This document shows, piece after piece, positions 10,079-20,840 of a stretch of 64,000 nucleotides of DNA. The translations under genes and the position numbers were made by a program. The first letter of the stretch is position 1. Every line of letters starts with the position of its first letter. The notes under the pieces are model-generated. The model was not told the DNA's origin, searched no databases, and worked only from the letters and a program-made list of their open reading frames with translations. The stretch comes from an uncultured Gammaproteobacteria bacterium (GTDB lineage Bacteria > Patescibacteriota > Patescibacteriia > Magasanikbacterales > GWA2-37-8), in assembly GCA_964596525.1 (NCBI GenBank), contig CAZQUL010000001.1, positions 1,079,723 through 1,143,722 on the forward strand. The letters run 5' to 3'.

Positions 10079-11920
10079 TTAAGATCGAGAAGAAAGGGTG
10101 GCAAATTCTTGCCACAAACGTTCACAGGTCTCACGATCACCCGCGAGTTCGGCCTGCTTCATGGCAATGACCACCTCGCGGTGGCGGCGTTTGAGGGCAA
10201 GGGCGAGAAGTTCCTCGGTGAGTTTACCGAGTTCGCGTTCAGCCTCGGGCGCCGACAAGCCGTCGGGGTAAAGGTGAGCGTACATGAGCGGTAAGGCATG
10301 AAGAAGTTCGAGAGGAGCAAGCTGCGCCTCTTCGATATCCGCCAAAAAAACCGCTGTATCAAGTGGAATGCCGGTAGTATAGCGCGCCCTCCCCTGTTCG
10401 TAAAGGCCGTGGAAATCGGTTCCTTCGAACAGCTTAGGCGGAATCTTGCTGATAAACTCGACCGTGGCCTTGGGAAAAGCAATCGCAATCCCCCACCAGG
10501 CTTTAGCCAAACGCAGGAGTCGTTTTTCGTCCGGCGTTTGCTCCAAAGATGCGGAAGAAGCCGACACAGCCACCGGAAGGGGCGCAGATCGCGGGGCGGA
10601 AGATACTGAACGAGACAGCTCCAATCGACGGAGTTCTTGACGCAAAATACTGGCATCCACAGTGAGCAATGTCGCGGTGCGCGTCAGCCAGGCATCGCGC
10701 TCTACCGCAAACGGAATGCGGGCGATTTTGCCAAGCACGAACATGGCCGCCTCGTGACGCTCTCGCGGATTACTTAGTGCGTACCGCTTAGCTGCAAGTG
10801 ACAAATACCACTCCATGACGGGGAGCGCGTTAGCAACAGCGCCTTCCCACACGTCGGGCGCTTTTTTGATACACTCATCCGCATCTTTAGCCACGTCGCG
10901 GGGAATGCGGATGACACGCACGTTCATCCCCTCTTCGAGCGCCGCATCCACGCCGCGCTCACCGGCTTTTTCTCCCGCATTGTCAGCATCGAAAGCCATA
11001 GCCAGGTTCGTCGTGTAGCGCTTGATGAGCTTGAGCTGATCTTTGGTGAGCGCCGTACCGGACGCGGCGATAACACCCCGCATGCCATACTGGTGGCAGG
11101 CCAACACGTCCATTTGGCCTTCCACAAGAATCGCGCGATCATCGGTTTTAATGGTGGTTTTGGCTTTGGAGAGTCCGTAGAGGAGACGGGATTTGTCGAA
11201 CAGCAGGGTCTGCGGCGTGTTAACGTATTTACCACCAGACTCGGGAGTTTCTTTCAAAATACGCCCGGTAAAACCAACCACAGCACCATGCGGATCGCAA
11301 ATCGGAAACATAATACGGCCGCGGAACCGATCGTAGTGACCGCGCAGCGACCGCGGATCAGCCCCTTCACGCGCTACCGCCAAACCAGCTTTCACAATAT
11401 CGTCGAGCGCACACCCTTCTTTGAGCAGGTACCGCACCAAAAGATCCCACTGATCGGGGCTATACCCGATCTGCCATTCAGTAACGGTTTCGGGCTTGAG
11501 ACCGCGGGTGGTGAAAACGTAGGCTCGCGCTTCTTCGGCTGCCGGAACTTCTAGTAAGTACCGATGATAAAAATACGCGGCCTTGCTAAGAATTGTGCGC
11601 AGGCGCTCTTTTTCATCATTACTGGTTTTGCTCACCGTGCGCTGCTCAAGCGTTACACCAGCACGATCAGCGAGCATTTTGAGCGCCTCGCCAAAGCTTA
11701 TACCCTCCATGTCCATTACAAACGAAAACGCGTCTCCGCCTTTGTTGCAGCCAAAACAATGCCACCGCTGGCGCTCGGGGCTGACGATAAAGGAAGGGGT
11801 TTTTTCTTGGTGGAACGGGCAGCAGGCTTTCCAGCTCACTCCGGCTTTTTTGAGCGGCAGATATTCTTGGATAAGGGCCAAGATATCGATCCGGTCTTTG
11901 ATGGTCGTGAGGTCGTTCAT
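10079..11920 (-). CDS. dnaG: DNA primase
   Basis: [11 protein letters not shown] and CFGC zinc finger, KYVNTP, EGQMDV, DADNAG TOPRIM motifs. Confidence 0.95.
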   Translation of the reverse strand: MNDLTTIKDRIDILALIQEYLPLKKAGVSWKACCPFHQEKTPSFIVSPERQRWHCFGCNKGGDAFSFVMDMEGISFGEALKMLADRAGVTLEQRTVSKTSNDEKERLRTILSKAAYFYHRYLLEVPAAEEARAYVFTTRGLKPETVTEWQIGYSPDQWDLLVRYLLKEGCALDDIVKAGLAVAREGADPRSLRGHYDRFRGRIMFPICDPHGAVVGFTGRILKETPESGGKYVNTPQTLLFDKSRLLYGLSKAKTTIKTDDRAILVEGQMDVLACHQYGMRGVIAASGTALTKDQLKLIKRYTTNLAMAFDADNAGEKAGERGVDAALEEGMNVRVIRIPRDVAKDADECIKKAPDVWEGAVANALPVMEWYLSLAAKRYALSNPRERHEAAMFVLGKIARIPFAVERDAWLTRTATLLTVDASILRQELRRLELSRSVSSAPRSAPLPVAVSASSASLEQTPDEKRLLRLAKAWWGIAIAFPKATVEFISKIPPKLFEGTDFHGLYEQGRARYTTGIPLDTAVFLADIEEAQLAPLELLHALPLMYAHLYPDGLSAPEAERELGKLTEELLALALKRRHREVVIAMKQAELAGDRETCERLWQEFATLSSRS

Positions 11921-12094
11921 AGTACGGGTACTCTAGCTGGTTTGGGTAAAAAAGCAATGGGTGTAAAATGTATGTTTGAAGGTATCGAAACCAAATTAAG
12001 AAACAAAACACCCGTACCAGATGCTTTGCCGGACAGGTCCGGAGAGGCATTGATACGGGTTGAAAGTGGGTAGTCCGCGATGCGAGTCAGGAAC

Positions 12095-12715
12095 TCACGA
12101 GTTCGGGGCCGGCTTGCGGACAGCAGCGAAGCGGAAGGTTGTTCCCCAGGGGGCGATCCCTCGCTCGTGGAGCTGCATCAGGTTGATGTGACGCTTCTTG
12201 GCAGTGCAGCCTTCGATGTAGGGAACGGCGTTGTACACCGAGTAACCGAGGGCGACCACCATACAGACGAGCTGCTTATCGGGGTTGGCAAGCCACCAGT
12301 ACAGAAGCTCGACAAAGGTGGCTGCGCGATAGCCTTGTTCATCCAGGAAGGCTAATACCTCTTTGGTCGTCATACTCCTCGGGATGGCGATGTCGAAGAC
12401 CTCTTTGACCATAAGGTCATCTTTCTGCAGCGGGAAGTTCTCAGCCGTGATGTTGTGATTCACGAACGTGAAGCGGCACAGCGCCAGTATCCAGCTGAAC
12501 ACCGTCGTCCAGACCAGGTAGTTGAAGGGCCATACGATAAGGTCAGCCATCCGCTCGATGAGCGGTTTTCCTTCGGGCGTGTTAAGTCGGTAGATAGCTT
12601 CATCCGAACCACCTTTGGCGCGGACCGCCGTCAGCAGATCAAACCAGATTCCCGCCATCATGCCAGACGCGCTTACTACTGCCGAACGCTCAGCCGGAGT
12701 CTTACTCTTGGACAT
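12095..12715 (-). CDS. Hypothetical protein
   Basis: Start MSKSK after GGGAG; own promoter TTGACG-17-TATTAT at 12874-12902. Confidence 0.65.
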   Translation of the reverse strand: MSKSKTPAERSAVVSASGMMAGIWFDLLTAVRAKGGSDEAIYRLNTPEGKPLIERMADLIVWPFNYLVWTTVFSWILALCRFTFVNHNITAENFPLQKDDLMVKEVFDIAIPRSMTTKEVLAFLDEQGYRAATFVELLYWWLANPDKQLVCMVVALGYSVYNAVPYIEGCTAKKRHINLMQLHERGIAPWGTTFRFAAVRKPAPNS

Positions 12716-12985
12716 TGACTTTCTCCCGTGATTTGGCTTACCCCTCATCCCGATACATTCGGGACCCCAGGCTTACCACACAAGCTGTTTTTCCCAGCTT
12801 TTTTCCACGTACTTTATCTAAAAATAAGCTAAAAAAGACTGGGAAAGATGCAAAGATCTAACGATAACGAAATATAATATCAAAAAAATGAGCTAGCGTC
12901 AATAATCCAGTGATTATAAACCGCTCATCATTTTAAAAAACCGCTGAAAACAGCGATTCTTATAGGGTTCTACGATGCGGTCAAT

Positions 12986-13984
12986 CTACGTCTTCAATCC
13001 GCGCAAAAAACGCTCCCATAAAACTTTGGCATCCGTTGGTTTTTTGAGAATCTTTTGAGCCAGCGCAAGAAGCGGGACAGTAAGTTTATGTTTTCGAGCG
13101 AAAGTCAGAGCGTGCGGAACGGTGCGGACACCTTCCACCACTTGGCCGATACTATGGATCGCCTGTTCGACATCACCACTCGCGGCGATGATTTCTCCGG
13201 CACGGCGGTTGCGACTGTGCGGACTGAGTCCTGTGCCGAGCAAATCGCCGAGTCCGGCAGCTTGCTCAACTGTCGTTTCCTTTCCACCCGCAGCTACAAC
13301 GAATTTTTTCATTTCGGTCATGATAAGTGTCACGATGAACGCTTTGGTGTTGAGCGGGAGATGAGCGCCATCCATGGTTCCCAAGAGAAAGGCGTAGCAA
13401 TTTTTAAGCACGCCGCAAAGTTTAACACCTATCACATCCACACTCGGAACCAATTTGAGGAATGGCGTGGTAAAGGCTTTATACACAAGATCACGGTGCG
13501 CGCGCGAGCGGCTTACGATATTCATGACGGTAAAATGACCTTCAGCCACTTCTTTAGCTACCGCCGGACCAGAAATAATGACGCGCTGTTTCCATAATTT
13601 TTCTAAGCGCTGATTGGCTCCCGGGAGAGCGCCATCAATTTCAAAACGGTCGGATGTAACGCCTTTGGACACATCGACAAGAATAACATCGGGGTCAAAA
13701 AAGGGTGCGAGGCGGACAAGCGTCTCGGCAATGACTGCGCTCGGCAACGCCACGACGACCACTCGGCGACCAGAAAGGGCGCGCGCAGCATCGGGTTCAG
13801 CCACTACGTTGTCCGTAAGCTTGATTCCGGGGAGATATTTGGAATTTTCGTGATGAGCTTGAATGGTGGTAAGTGGCTCAGGATCGCCTTCATAATTCCA
13901 GAGCGTAATGCGGTGCCCGCGCTGCGCGAGCACGTGAGCCATAGCAGTTCCCATGTTTCCGGCACCAAGAATCGTTATCATCAT
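12986..13984 (-). CDS. gpsA: NAD(P)H-dependent glycerol-3-phosphate dehydrogenase
   Basis: GAGNMGTA, NSKYLPG, SKG, SGP, LKN, GLGDL, SRNRRAG, VEGV motifs. Confidence 0.9.
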   Translation of the reverse strand: MMITILGAGNMGTAMAHVLAQRGHRITLWNYEGDPEPLTTIQAHHENSKYLPGIKLTDNVVAEPDAARALSGRRVVVVALPSAVIAETLVRLAPFFDPDVILVDVSKGVTSDRFEIDGALPGANQRLEKLWKQRVIISGPAVAKEVAEGHFTVMNIVSRSRAHRDLVYKAFTTPFLKLVPSVDVIGVKLCGVLKNCYAFLLGTMDGAHLPLNTKAFIVTLIMTEMKKFVVAAGGKETTVEQAAGLGDLLGTGLSPHSRNRRAGEIIAASGDVEQAIHSIGQVVEGVRTVPHALTFARKHKLTVPLLALAQKILKKPTDAKVLWERFLRGLKT

Positions 13985-13986
13985 AA

Positions 13987-15669
13987 TTAGGTGAGAGAAT
14001 ACAAACCGAGTTTAATATCTTCGTCCTGCTCGCGGCGCAGATCAGTGAACACTTTTTTACTCAGATTTTTCTTGCGAATGAGGTCTGCAATAAGGCCGCC
14101 GCCAAGTACGTGGGGCATCATAACGTAATCCGCGCCGTTAGCATAGAGCAATTCGCGGTATTTGGTATGAGCGAGATTTGCGACCAAGAAGGCTTTCTTG
14201 CTACGGCTCCTAATGTGCTTAATAAACGTCACCTGGTCGTGCGCGTCCGGGATGGTGGAAATGACAAGCTTTGCCGATTCGAGGGGTAATTCGCTCAAAA
14301 ATTCCACATCGGCTGCATCACCAAAGTAAGCGGGAATACCCTGTTTTTTAAGATCAGCAACAATTTCGGGATTGAAATCTACAACCGCAAAAGTGACCCC
14401 TTTGTCTTTGAGTGCCTGCGCGATACGCCAGCCAATGCGATGCGCTCCGATAAGCCAGACGTCGTAGCGTTTTGGTTCATCTTCAGCCTGCGCATGACGC
14501 TCAGGCGACCACCGTTTAAACCACGGCTCAAAGGCATTGAACAGCTGTTCGCTGTAGGTGATGAGGTACGACGAAGCGCAAATCGTCACCAGTGCGACGC
14601 CCGTAAAAAGCGCCACATCCTGTTCGGCCACGAGCCCGAGTTTTGCACCCGTAAAGAGGAGCACGAAACCGAATTCGCTTACTTGGGCAGCTGTTAAACC
14701 GATAAAGAAACTGTTGCGGCGGGTAAATTTAACCGCACGAAAAATGAGGTACAAAATGAGCGGGTTGCCGATAAGCACGAATACAGAGAAAATGATGATG
14801 GGAACGATGATATCATCAAGAGCCGACAGGTGAAGCTGCGAACCCAAGAGGATGAAAAACAGGATAAGGAAAAAGTCGCGCAACGGTTTGATGCGACTGG
14901 CGATTTCGGCCTGAAAAGGCGACGAACCGAGCGCGAGACCAGCCATAAGCGCGCCCGTTTCTACGGAAAACCCAAGCAGATGTAGAACTGCCGTACACCC
15001 AAAACACCATGCCACGGTAAATAAGAACAGGAATTCTGCCGAATGGGCAATGCGGTTGAGAACAAAAGGCAAAAGTACACGTGACGTAAACGCGACGATC
15101 GCTATCATGGCGACGATCTTGAGGGCAAAGAGGCCGAGCGTAGAACCAAGCGATCCGCCCATTTCCTTCACCGAGAAAAGGATCATTATGATGATGGCAA
15201 TGAGATCTTGCACCAGCATGAGACCGATCGTATAGCGGCCATAGACGGAGTCGTTATGCTTTTTGTCGGAGAGCAATTTAGTGACGATGATGGTACTCGA
15301 AAAGGTGGCTGCAAGCGCGATATAAAAAGCCGAAGATAAGGTAAGCCCGAGAAGTTTAAGCACGATCCAGCCGAAAAAAACCGTAAAAACCGCTTGCCCA
15401 AAACCGGCGATAAGAGCAATTTTACCGATGCGCTTGATGTAGGAAAAATTAAGGCTCAAACCCACGACGAACAGCAAAAAAACAACGCCGAATTCAGCGA
15501 ATGTTTCATATAATTCATGGCCGTCCCGCACCAGGTTAAACACTATCGGCCCTACCACGATCCCAGCAATGAGGTATGCCACAATGAGCGGCTGACGAAG
15601 GAGTTTCGCCACCCACGCCAGCATAGTTGTGACGGCAAAAACGATGCTTAATTGTGAAAATACGGACAT
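13987..15669 (-). CDS. CPA2-family (KefB/KefC-like) cation:proton antiporter with C-terminal TrkA-N/RCK domain
   Basis: Many TM helices, FSSTIIV, LVQD, QVSEFGFV; C-terminal GAHRIG/YFGDA. Confidence 0.9.
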   Translation of the reverse strand: MSVFSQLSIVFAVTTMLAWVAKLLRQPLIVAYLIAGIVVGPIVFNLVRDGHELYETFAEFGVVFLLFVVGLSLNFSYIKRIGKIALIAGFGQAVFTVFFGWIVLKLLGLTLSSAFYIALAATFSSTIIVTKLLSDKKHNDSVYGRYTIGLMLVQDLIAIIIMILFSVKEMGGSLGSTLGLFALKIVAMIAIVAFTSRVLLPFVLNRIAHSAEFLFLFTVAWCFGCTAVLHLLGFSVETGALMAGLALGSSPFQAEIASRIKPLRDFFLILFFILLGSQLHLSALDDIIVPIIIFSVFVLIGNPLILYLIFRAVKFTRRNSFFIGLTAAQVSEFGFVLLFTGAKLGLVAEQDVALFTGVALVTICASSYLITYSEQLFNAFEPWFKRWSPERHAQAEDEPKRYDVWLIGAHRIGWRIAQALKDKGVTFAVVDFNPEIVADLKKQGIPAYFGDAADVEFLSELPLESAKLVISTIPDAHDQVTFIKHIRSRSKKAFLVANLAHTKYRELLYANGADYVMMPHVLGGGLIADLIRKKNLSKKVFTDLRREQDEDIKLGLYSLT

Positions 15670-15786
15670 ACAGAACTAAATGAAAAAGATGCTTATAGCA
15701 TACCAAAAATAGTGCTTCTTGTCGCTCCTTAAAATAAAAAGGCGGCGAAGCTCAAACTTCACCGCCGACGAAACCACGCAGTCCGG

Positions 15787-16209
15787 TTATACGGTCGCTT
15801 CTTGCCGCGGCACCACTTCTTTGATCTGCCACCACTGGCGATACCTTACTGTGACGAAGGCAAACGAAGCTATCCCGAGAGCTCCGTTGATGGCATGGGA
15901 AAGTTTTGGCAGGGATGCAATATGCGCCCCACACGATACTCCGACGAGAAAGGTCGCAATGCCAAGGGCCACGCACGTGTGCGGGTCGGAAACAAACTCG
16001 CGGATGTGCGTCCAGGCCGCAACGATAAAAATAACCCAAAACGCAGCCGTACCGTAGCGAATAGCAGGAAACACCATCGCCTCTTGTCGCTCGCGTAGAA
16101 ACAGGGCGCATTCCACGATAGCCAGGGCAAGAAAGGAGAAAGCTGTAAGAATCATGATCAGGCGCTGGAAAAAAGCCTGATTGGGGGTAAGACGCAGTTC
16201 TTCTTCCAT
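15787..16209 (-). CDS. Small membrane protein (about 4 TM)
   Basis: Hydrophobic ORF with GAGGTG SD. Confidence 0.6.
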   Translation of the reverse strand: MEEELRLTPNQAFFQRLIMILTAFSFLALAIVECALFLRERQEAMVFPAIRYGTAAFWVIFIVAAWTHIREFVSDPHTCVALGIATFLVGVSCGAHIASLPKLSHAINGALGIASFAFVTVRYRQWWQIKEVVPRQEATV

Positions 16210-16253
16210 CACACACCTCACCTTCACAACGGGTAAAGGTACCCTATACGGGG

Positions 16254-16673
16254 CTATGGATTCTTGTCAATTTTTTTGAGGAGATCGCGGATCTCGGTAA
16301 GCAGCACTATATCCGCCGGCGGGGGCGGTGGAACGGCGGTCGCAGCATGATGTTCACGTCGCTTCAAGGCATTGATGCTTTTGACGAGGATAAAGACCGC
16401 GAAGGTAATAATGATAAATTCCACCGTTACTTGAATGAAATTGCCGTAATTCCACGTTGCGGTTGGTGCGCCTTCCGCCGAACGGACCAAGACGATCTTG
16501 AGATCTTTAAAGTTGAAACCGCCAATGATGAGGCCGATAGGCGGCATGACGATATCGTTGACGAGCGACGTGGTGATTTTCCCGAATGACGCACCCACGA
16601 TAACGCCGACTGCGAGATCGATAACATTGCCACGCACTGCGAACTCCTTAAATTCTTTAATCATGCCGCGCAT
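16254..16673 (-). CDS. mscL: Large-conductance mechanosensitive channel
   Basis: EFKEFAVRGNVIDLAVGVIVG...LLTEIRDLLK. Confidence 0.95.
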   Translation of the reverse strand: MRGMIKEFKEFAVRGNVIDLAVGVIVGASFGKITTSLVNDIVMPPIGLIIGGFNFKDLKIVLVRSAEGAPTATWNYGNFIQVTVEFIIITFAVFILVKSINALKRREHHAATAVPPPPPADIVLLTEIRDLLKKIDKNP

Positions 16674-16688
16674 AGGTAGTTTAGTTTT

Positions 16689-17444
16689 TTATTGCTTTTT
16701 GAAGGAATCGGTAATCGAAAAAATGCCTTTGATGGGATAAGCGCGCCAGTGATCGCTGCTGAGCATTTCAACCGGCGTGAAGAGGCCAGATGCAGAAAAA
16801 CGCATGCCAGGAACAAGCTCTGGCACGAGCTGAGACGAAAGAGAAGCATCAACCGCATAGTAGGAACCATCATCAGTTTTCATACCAATCGCGCATTCCA
16901 TAGTCTGCGGGCCAACCTGATTGACATGCGGCAAACACACCGCCGTGCCAGTCAAATTCGTGCGTGTACGCGTGGAACCAATGGCCGGAGGTATCGCTAC
17001 CGGAGTTTCTGGCTCAGTTTCTAGAATAGACACGATACGGTCAACATCATATTCCGATCGAATAGGCATTCCTACGCGGCGGGCAATGTTTTCGAGGAGC
17101 GTGCCCATGCCATAGGCGGTAATGGCATTATCAGCAGAGGTCACAACGGGCGACGGTCCGCGGGCACTCCCCACAGTCTCAACCCACGCGAAATCGGTCG
17201 GCATAAGACCGGGGTATACTTGCATAAACATACCCTGTTCAAACCCTTCGATAGGCCGACCAAGTTCTTGCACCACCTTAGATTGCAGGGCGTGGGTAAA
17301 ATAGGCTGCCGGACGGGTGAGAGAAACGGCGTTTCGGCGGTGGCGCGGATACATGCGATCATTCCTCATAAAACAGAGACCGGCAATAACCGCAACAATG
17401 GTAATAAAGGTAAAAAACAGGGCGTTTTTTATACGGAGCGACAT
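16689..17444 (-). CDS. Membrane-anchored hypothetical protein, paralog of 17471-17959, with extra C-terminal Cys-pair domain
   Basis: MSLRIKNALFF signal anchor; GxPIExFEQxxFMxVYPxLMxxDFxxVETxGS shared with neighbour. Confidence 0.7.
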   Translation of the reverse strand: MSLRIKNALFFTFITIVAVIAGLCFMRNDRMYPRHRRNAVSLTRPAAYFTHALQSKVVQELGRPIEGFEQGMFMQVYPGLMPTDFAWVETVGSARGPSPVVTSADNAITAYGMGTLLENIARRVGMPIRSEYDVDRIVSILETEPETPVAIPPAIGSTRTRTNLTGTAVCLPHVNQVGPQTMECAIGMKTDDGSYYAVDASLSSQLVPELVPGMRFSASGLFTPVEMLSSDHWRAYPIKGIFSITDSFKKQ

Positions 17445-17470
17445 ATAGCACATTAAAATAATACTCATGA

Positions 17471-17959
17471 CTAATCGTATTCCCTTAAAGGGTAAGCACC
17501 ATATTCTAGGAAGGCTGACCGCAGCTTCAACACCGACAAAATAGCATCAATATCGCGATAGGAGGTGATTGGCATATCTAAGCGACGAGCAACATTTTCG
17601 AGCAAAGTAACCATGCCCCGCCCCGTAATGGCTCTATCGGGAATACCTCCAACACGTGACGAGGATTGACGTAGACTTCCTGCTGTCTCAACCCCGTCAA
17701 AATCGCTCCTCATAAGACTGGGATATACCATCATAAAGAACTCCTGTTCAAACGTTTCAATGGGCTGACCAATCTCACGTACTACCTGCGCCTGCATGGT
17801 TGCTGCAAAATACATCGCCGACGACGTAACCGAAAGAGCCGCTCGTTCTAAGCCATGCTCGCGGTACAAGTGGTTATCTTTCATAACAAATACTCCTATA
17901 CCGACCGCGCAAATCGTTATCCCCACAAAGAAAAGGGTATTTTTAACACGCAACGACAT
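17471..17959 (-). CDS. Membrane-anchored hypothetical protein, paralog of 16689-17444
   Basis: MSLRVKNTLFF start; same core motif. Confidence 0.7.
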   Translation of the reverse strand: MSLRVKNTLFFVGITICAVGIGVFVMKDNHLYREHGLERAALSVTSSAMYFAATMQAQVVREIGQPIETFEQEFFMMVYPSLMRSDFDGVETAGSLRQSSSRVGGIPDRAITGRGMVTLLENVARRLDMPITSYRDIDAILSVLKLRSAFLEYGAYPLREYD

Positions 17960-18147
17960 ACATCGGGACGCCTTAAAAGATAAAAAGTGCATTTTAAGTA
18001 TACCTAATAACGCTTCTCTCGGGTAGATAGTATGTACATAGTACAGAGAAATAATTACTTTTTCTCCACACCACCCCCTTGTTCGAAGACGCATAAACCG
18101 TTTACGATGAATATAAGGAGGAATTTGGTTATTGATGTACAGATTTT

Positions 18148-18381
18148 ATGAGAAAGACATCTCTTTTCTCCTTGCTACTTTTAATTTTCGTCGTAGCGCT
18201 TATCGCAAGCTTTGTTTTCTTGGTACTTTTTAAGCAAACCAGTTGGTGGATGCTCATTGGCGGATTACTCATCGTAATCACGGTACTTGTTATTGGTCTG
18301 CTTCTCGGAATGTTCCGGCTTACCCCCTTGCCGTCTACCCCAGAAACTAAATCAACGATCCACCACCGTTTCAGATCCTAA
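18148..18381 (+). CDS. Small 2-TM membrane protein
   Basis: 77-aa hydrophobic ORF followed by a hairpin at 18410-18436. Confidence 0.55.
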   Translation: MRKTSLFSLLLLIFVVALIASFVFLVLFKQTSWWMLIGGLLIVITVLVIGLLLGMFRLTPLPSTPETKSTIHHRFRS

Positions 18382-18409
18382 CCTCACCTCACAAACACTT
18401 GCGTAACGC

Positions 18410-18436
18410 TAAAAGTCCTCTTGCCGAGGACTTTTA
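18410..18436. terminator. Bidirectional terminator
   Basis: TAAAAGTCCTC-ttgcc-GAGGACTTTTA between convergent genes. Confidence 0.7.
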
Positions 18437-18461
18437 GGTATATTACTACCTAAACAGCGTA

Positions 18462-18974
18462 TCATGAACGGTATTCACGGATCTCTTTGGCACCAGCACG
18501 CTCCAAGATAGCCTTGGCTCCTTCGGTGTTGGAGCGAACCACCAAGAGCGCATCGCCACCACGGACCAAATCTTCGTAGAGACGGGCGTCTTCTTTATCA
18601 ACGCCAAGGCTGGCGAGCGCGCCAATGAGACCGCCGGCCGCCGCACCGGTGGCAGCTCCGGCAACGGTGGTAGCCGCCGCACCGCTCAAACCAAGCGCGG
18701 CCGCGAGTGGCCCGGCAACGAACAGCGACCCTAAACCTGGAAGTACACCGTTAGCTACTACCAAACCAGCAATAGCGCCGATGACCGCACCGGCTCCAGC
18801 GCCAACGGCCGCGCCAGCGCCGATTTTGGTACCGGCTTGCTCGTCTTTAATTTCACCTTTTTGATCGACGTAGAGATACGAAATATCATCTCCCGAAATA
18901 CCGAAATCCTTAAGCTCTTTGATAGTCGCGTCCGCCACCCCATGCGTCGCGTACACTCCGATAGTGGTAATCAT
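18462..18974 (-). CDS. General stress protein (YflT/17M-like glycine-zipper membrane protein)
   Basis: G/A-rich TM segments, VLPGLGSLFVAGPL, GGLIGALASLG..YE. Confidence 0.75.
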   Translation of the reverse strand: MITTIGVYATHGVADATIKELKDFGISGDDISYLYVDQKGEIKDEQAGTKIGAGAAVGAGAGAVIGAIAGLVVANGVLPGLGSLFVAGPLAAALGLSGAAATTVAGAATGAAAGGLIGALASLGVDKEDARLYEDLVRGGDALLVVRSNTEGAKAILERAGAKEIREYRS

Positions 18975-19176
18975 ATGGATTACTTAGGTGAATAAAATTC
19001 ATCTGCAGGTGAATATAGGTAGCGTAGTCCTATAGCAAAACTACCAGCAACACAGACTGTGGAAAAATAATCCAAAGCGAGATACCAATTCTCTTTCATC
19101 CGCAATAAAAAACTGCATAACTTTTAATAGACAAGAAGCGTATCCTGTCTGTATACTCACCCTGTAAGGAGGCGAC

Positions 19177-19332
19177 ATGTCACTCTACCCGTTTAACCCG
19201 CGTCAGCTGCCCCGCGAGCCGCACCCTGCCTGGCGTTTTGCAGAGCGCCATCACCCCTGGCCCCTAGCCATTTTTTTCCTCTCGGCGGTTATCACGATGG
19301 GTTGGCTTCTTAATTCGCTCACGGTGCAGTAA
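19177..19332 (+). CDS. Small single-TM protein (51 aa, absent from ORF track)
   Basis: TAAGGAGG SD; MSLYPFNPRQLPREPHPAWRFAERHHPWPLAIFFLSAVITMGWLLNSLTVQ; terminator at 19351-19372. Confidence 0.65.
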   Translation: MSLYPFNPRQLPREPHPAWRFAERHHPWPLAIFFLSAVITMGWLLNSLTVQ

Positions 19333-19350
19333 ACACAAGCAATAATCCCC

Positions 19351-19372
19351 AGGAGGTTTCGGCCTCCTTTTT
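19351..19372 (+). terminator. Intrinsic terminator
   Basis: AGGAGGT-TTCG-GCCTCCT plus T-run. Confidence 0.75.
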
Positions 19373-19423
19373 AAAAAACAAAACCACTGGAGTCCATCCA
19401 GTAGTTTTGCAAAAAATCAGTAA

Positions 19424-19810
19424 CTAGACTTTATTTTCCACTGTGGCAGTCTGTTGTTTTTTCTTGAAGAGCGCGTAAGAAGCGCTGCAAAGAAGTAGCC
19501 CGACGAGCGCTGGCATGAATCCTTGCGGACCGTCGCCAACCGCGAGGTGTGAAATGAGCGCGCCAACAAGGTCGAATGTGAGACCGGCATACGCCCATTC
19601 GCGGAGCGTCGCTGATTTGTTCTGCCAGATGCCGATGATACCGAGAATTTTTGCCCAACCGACGATGTACATGACATAGACGGGGTAACCGAGGTGCATC
19701 ATCATTTCTTTGGCACCGGGATTACCCGTAACATCCACAATAGCACCAGCCAGAATACCGAGCGAAAAAATAACGGTGACGATGTAGTATGCGACACGTA
19801 CCTTCTTCAT
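19424..19810 (-). CDS. DoxX-like family membrane protein
   Basis: HLGYPVY, KILG, LREWAYAG, GALISH. Confidence 0.85.
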   Translation of the reverse strand: MKKVRVAYYIVTVIFSLGILAGAIVDVTGNPGAKEMMMHLGYPVYVMYIVGWAKILGIIGIWQNKSATLREWAYAGLTFDLVGALISHLAVGDGPQGFMPALVGLLLCSASYALFKKKQQTATVENKV

Positions 19811-19848
19811 ACGAATGTAAACATTAAATTAAAATGGATAATCAAAAT

Positions 19849-20235
19849 TTATTTCTTTCCCGGCTGTAAAACACCGAAAATATTTCCCTCCGGATCTTTG
19901 CGATAGGCCAGAATTCCTACGCCGCCCGGAATTTCCATCTTGTCGGTCGCGACCGTGCCGCCGGCGTGTTCGATCTTGGCAAGTGTTTCGTCGATATTTT
20001 CGACTTCGATGGTGCAAATGAAAGCGTTAACCGGAGCTCCTTCAACCGGCAAACCACTGCGGCGCTCATTCATGCCGCCGTCGATGCCAGGGCTTTCCGT
20101 ACCAGTCGTGACGACGCGGTAATTGGCCATAGCCGGACCCATATCCTTGATATCCCAACCGAAGACTTCTTGATAGAATTTTTGGAGTTTATCGAGATCT
20201 TTACCATGGATCTCGAAATGGATGACGCGGTTCAT
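19849..20235 (-). CDS. VOC/glyoxalase family protein
   Basis: VIHFEI..FYQEVFGW...DPEGNIFG. Confidence 0.9.
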   Translation of the reverse strand: MNRVIHFEIHGKDLDKLQKFYQEVFGWDIKDMGPAMANYRVVTTGTESPGIDGGMNERRSGLPVEGAPVNAFICTIEVENIDETLAKIEHAGGTVATDKMEIPGGVGILAYRKDPEGNIFGVLQPGKK

Positions 20236-20258
20236 ACAATAGTTTAAAAAATAGTAAT

Positions 20259-20600
20259 TTATTCTACCTCAAAACCTAGCAAGCCGTACGTGCGGATTTT
20301 TTCTTCGTAACCAGGAAATGAAGCGTACATTTTTTTAAGATTGTCGACGGAAACCGCATCTGGGGCGATGTCCTTGAACGACACTTCTTGTACCATAGTA
20401 TCGACATCAGGCCAATGCCAGCGGCGGACAATTTTTTTGACGAAACGTTCAACTCCGCAGACAAAAGTGAGGGTATCCCCCACTGCAATTGACTGGTATT
20501 TAACGGTCGCGGCACGGGTTTCGATGGTTTTTAGCCCGCTTCTGACATGTTCGAAGTTGCTACGATCGACCTGGCGGAAACGCAACACCCAATTTTTCAT
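20259..20600 (-). CDS. ASCH/PUA-like domain protein
   Basis: FEHVRSGLKTIETR...GDTLTF matches the GxKxxExR ASCH motif. Confidence 0.75.
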   Translation of the reverse strand: MKNWVLRFRQVDRSNFEHVRSGLKTIETRAATVKYQSIAVGDTLTFVCGVERFVKKIVRRWHWPDVDTMVQEVSFKDIAPDAVSVDNLKKMYASFPGYEEKIRTYGLLGFEVE

Positions 20601-20724
20601 AGTGAGGACAATTAAAACGTCCTACTTAGTATATCAAAAGAGAACGTAGTACATATTTCCAACTATCTTAACAACTGTGGTGCACAGTACTATCAGATGC
20701 TCTGCCTGCGAATTTAGGCCATGA

Positions 20725-20753
20725 TTGACAAACCTAAATCCCTTTAGTATAGT
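20725..20753 (+). promoter_or_regulatory. sigma70 promoter
   Basis: TTGACA-17bp-TATAGT. Confidence 0.7.
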
Positions 20754-20840
20754 AATGCGTTCGAATGAAAGAACCTCACGTTGAGCGTTCTAATCGCGAA
20801 CTGCCTTGAGAATTCAGAGGGGAAAAAGGAGGATTTCGTC

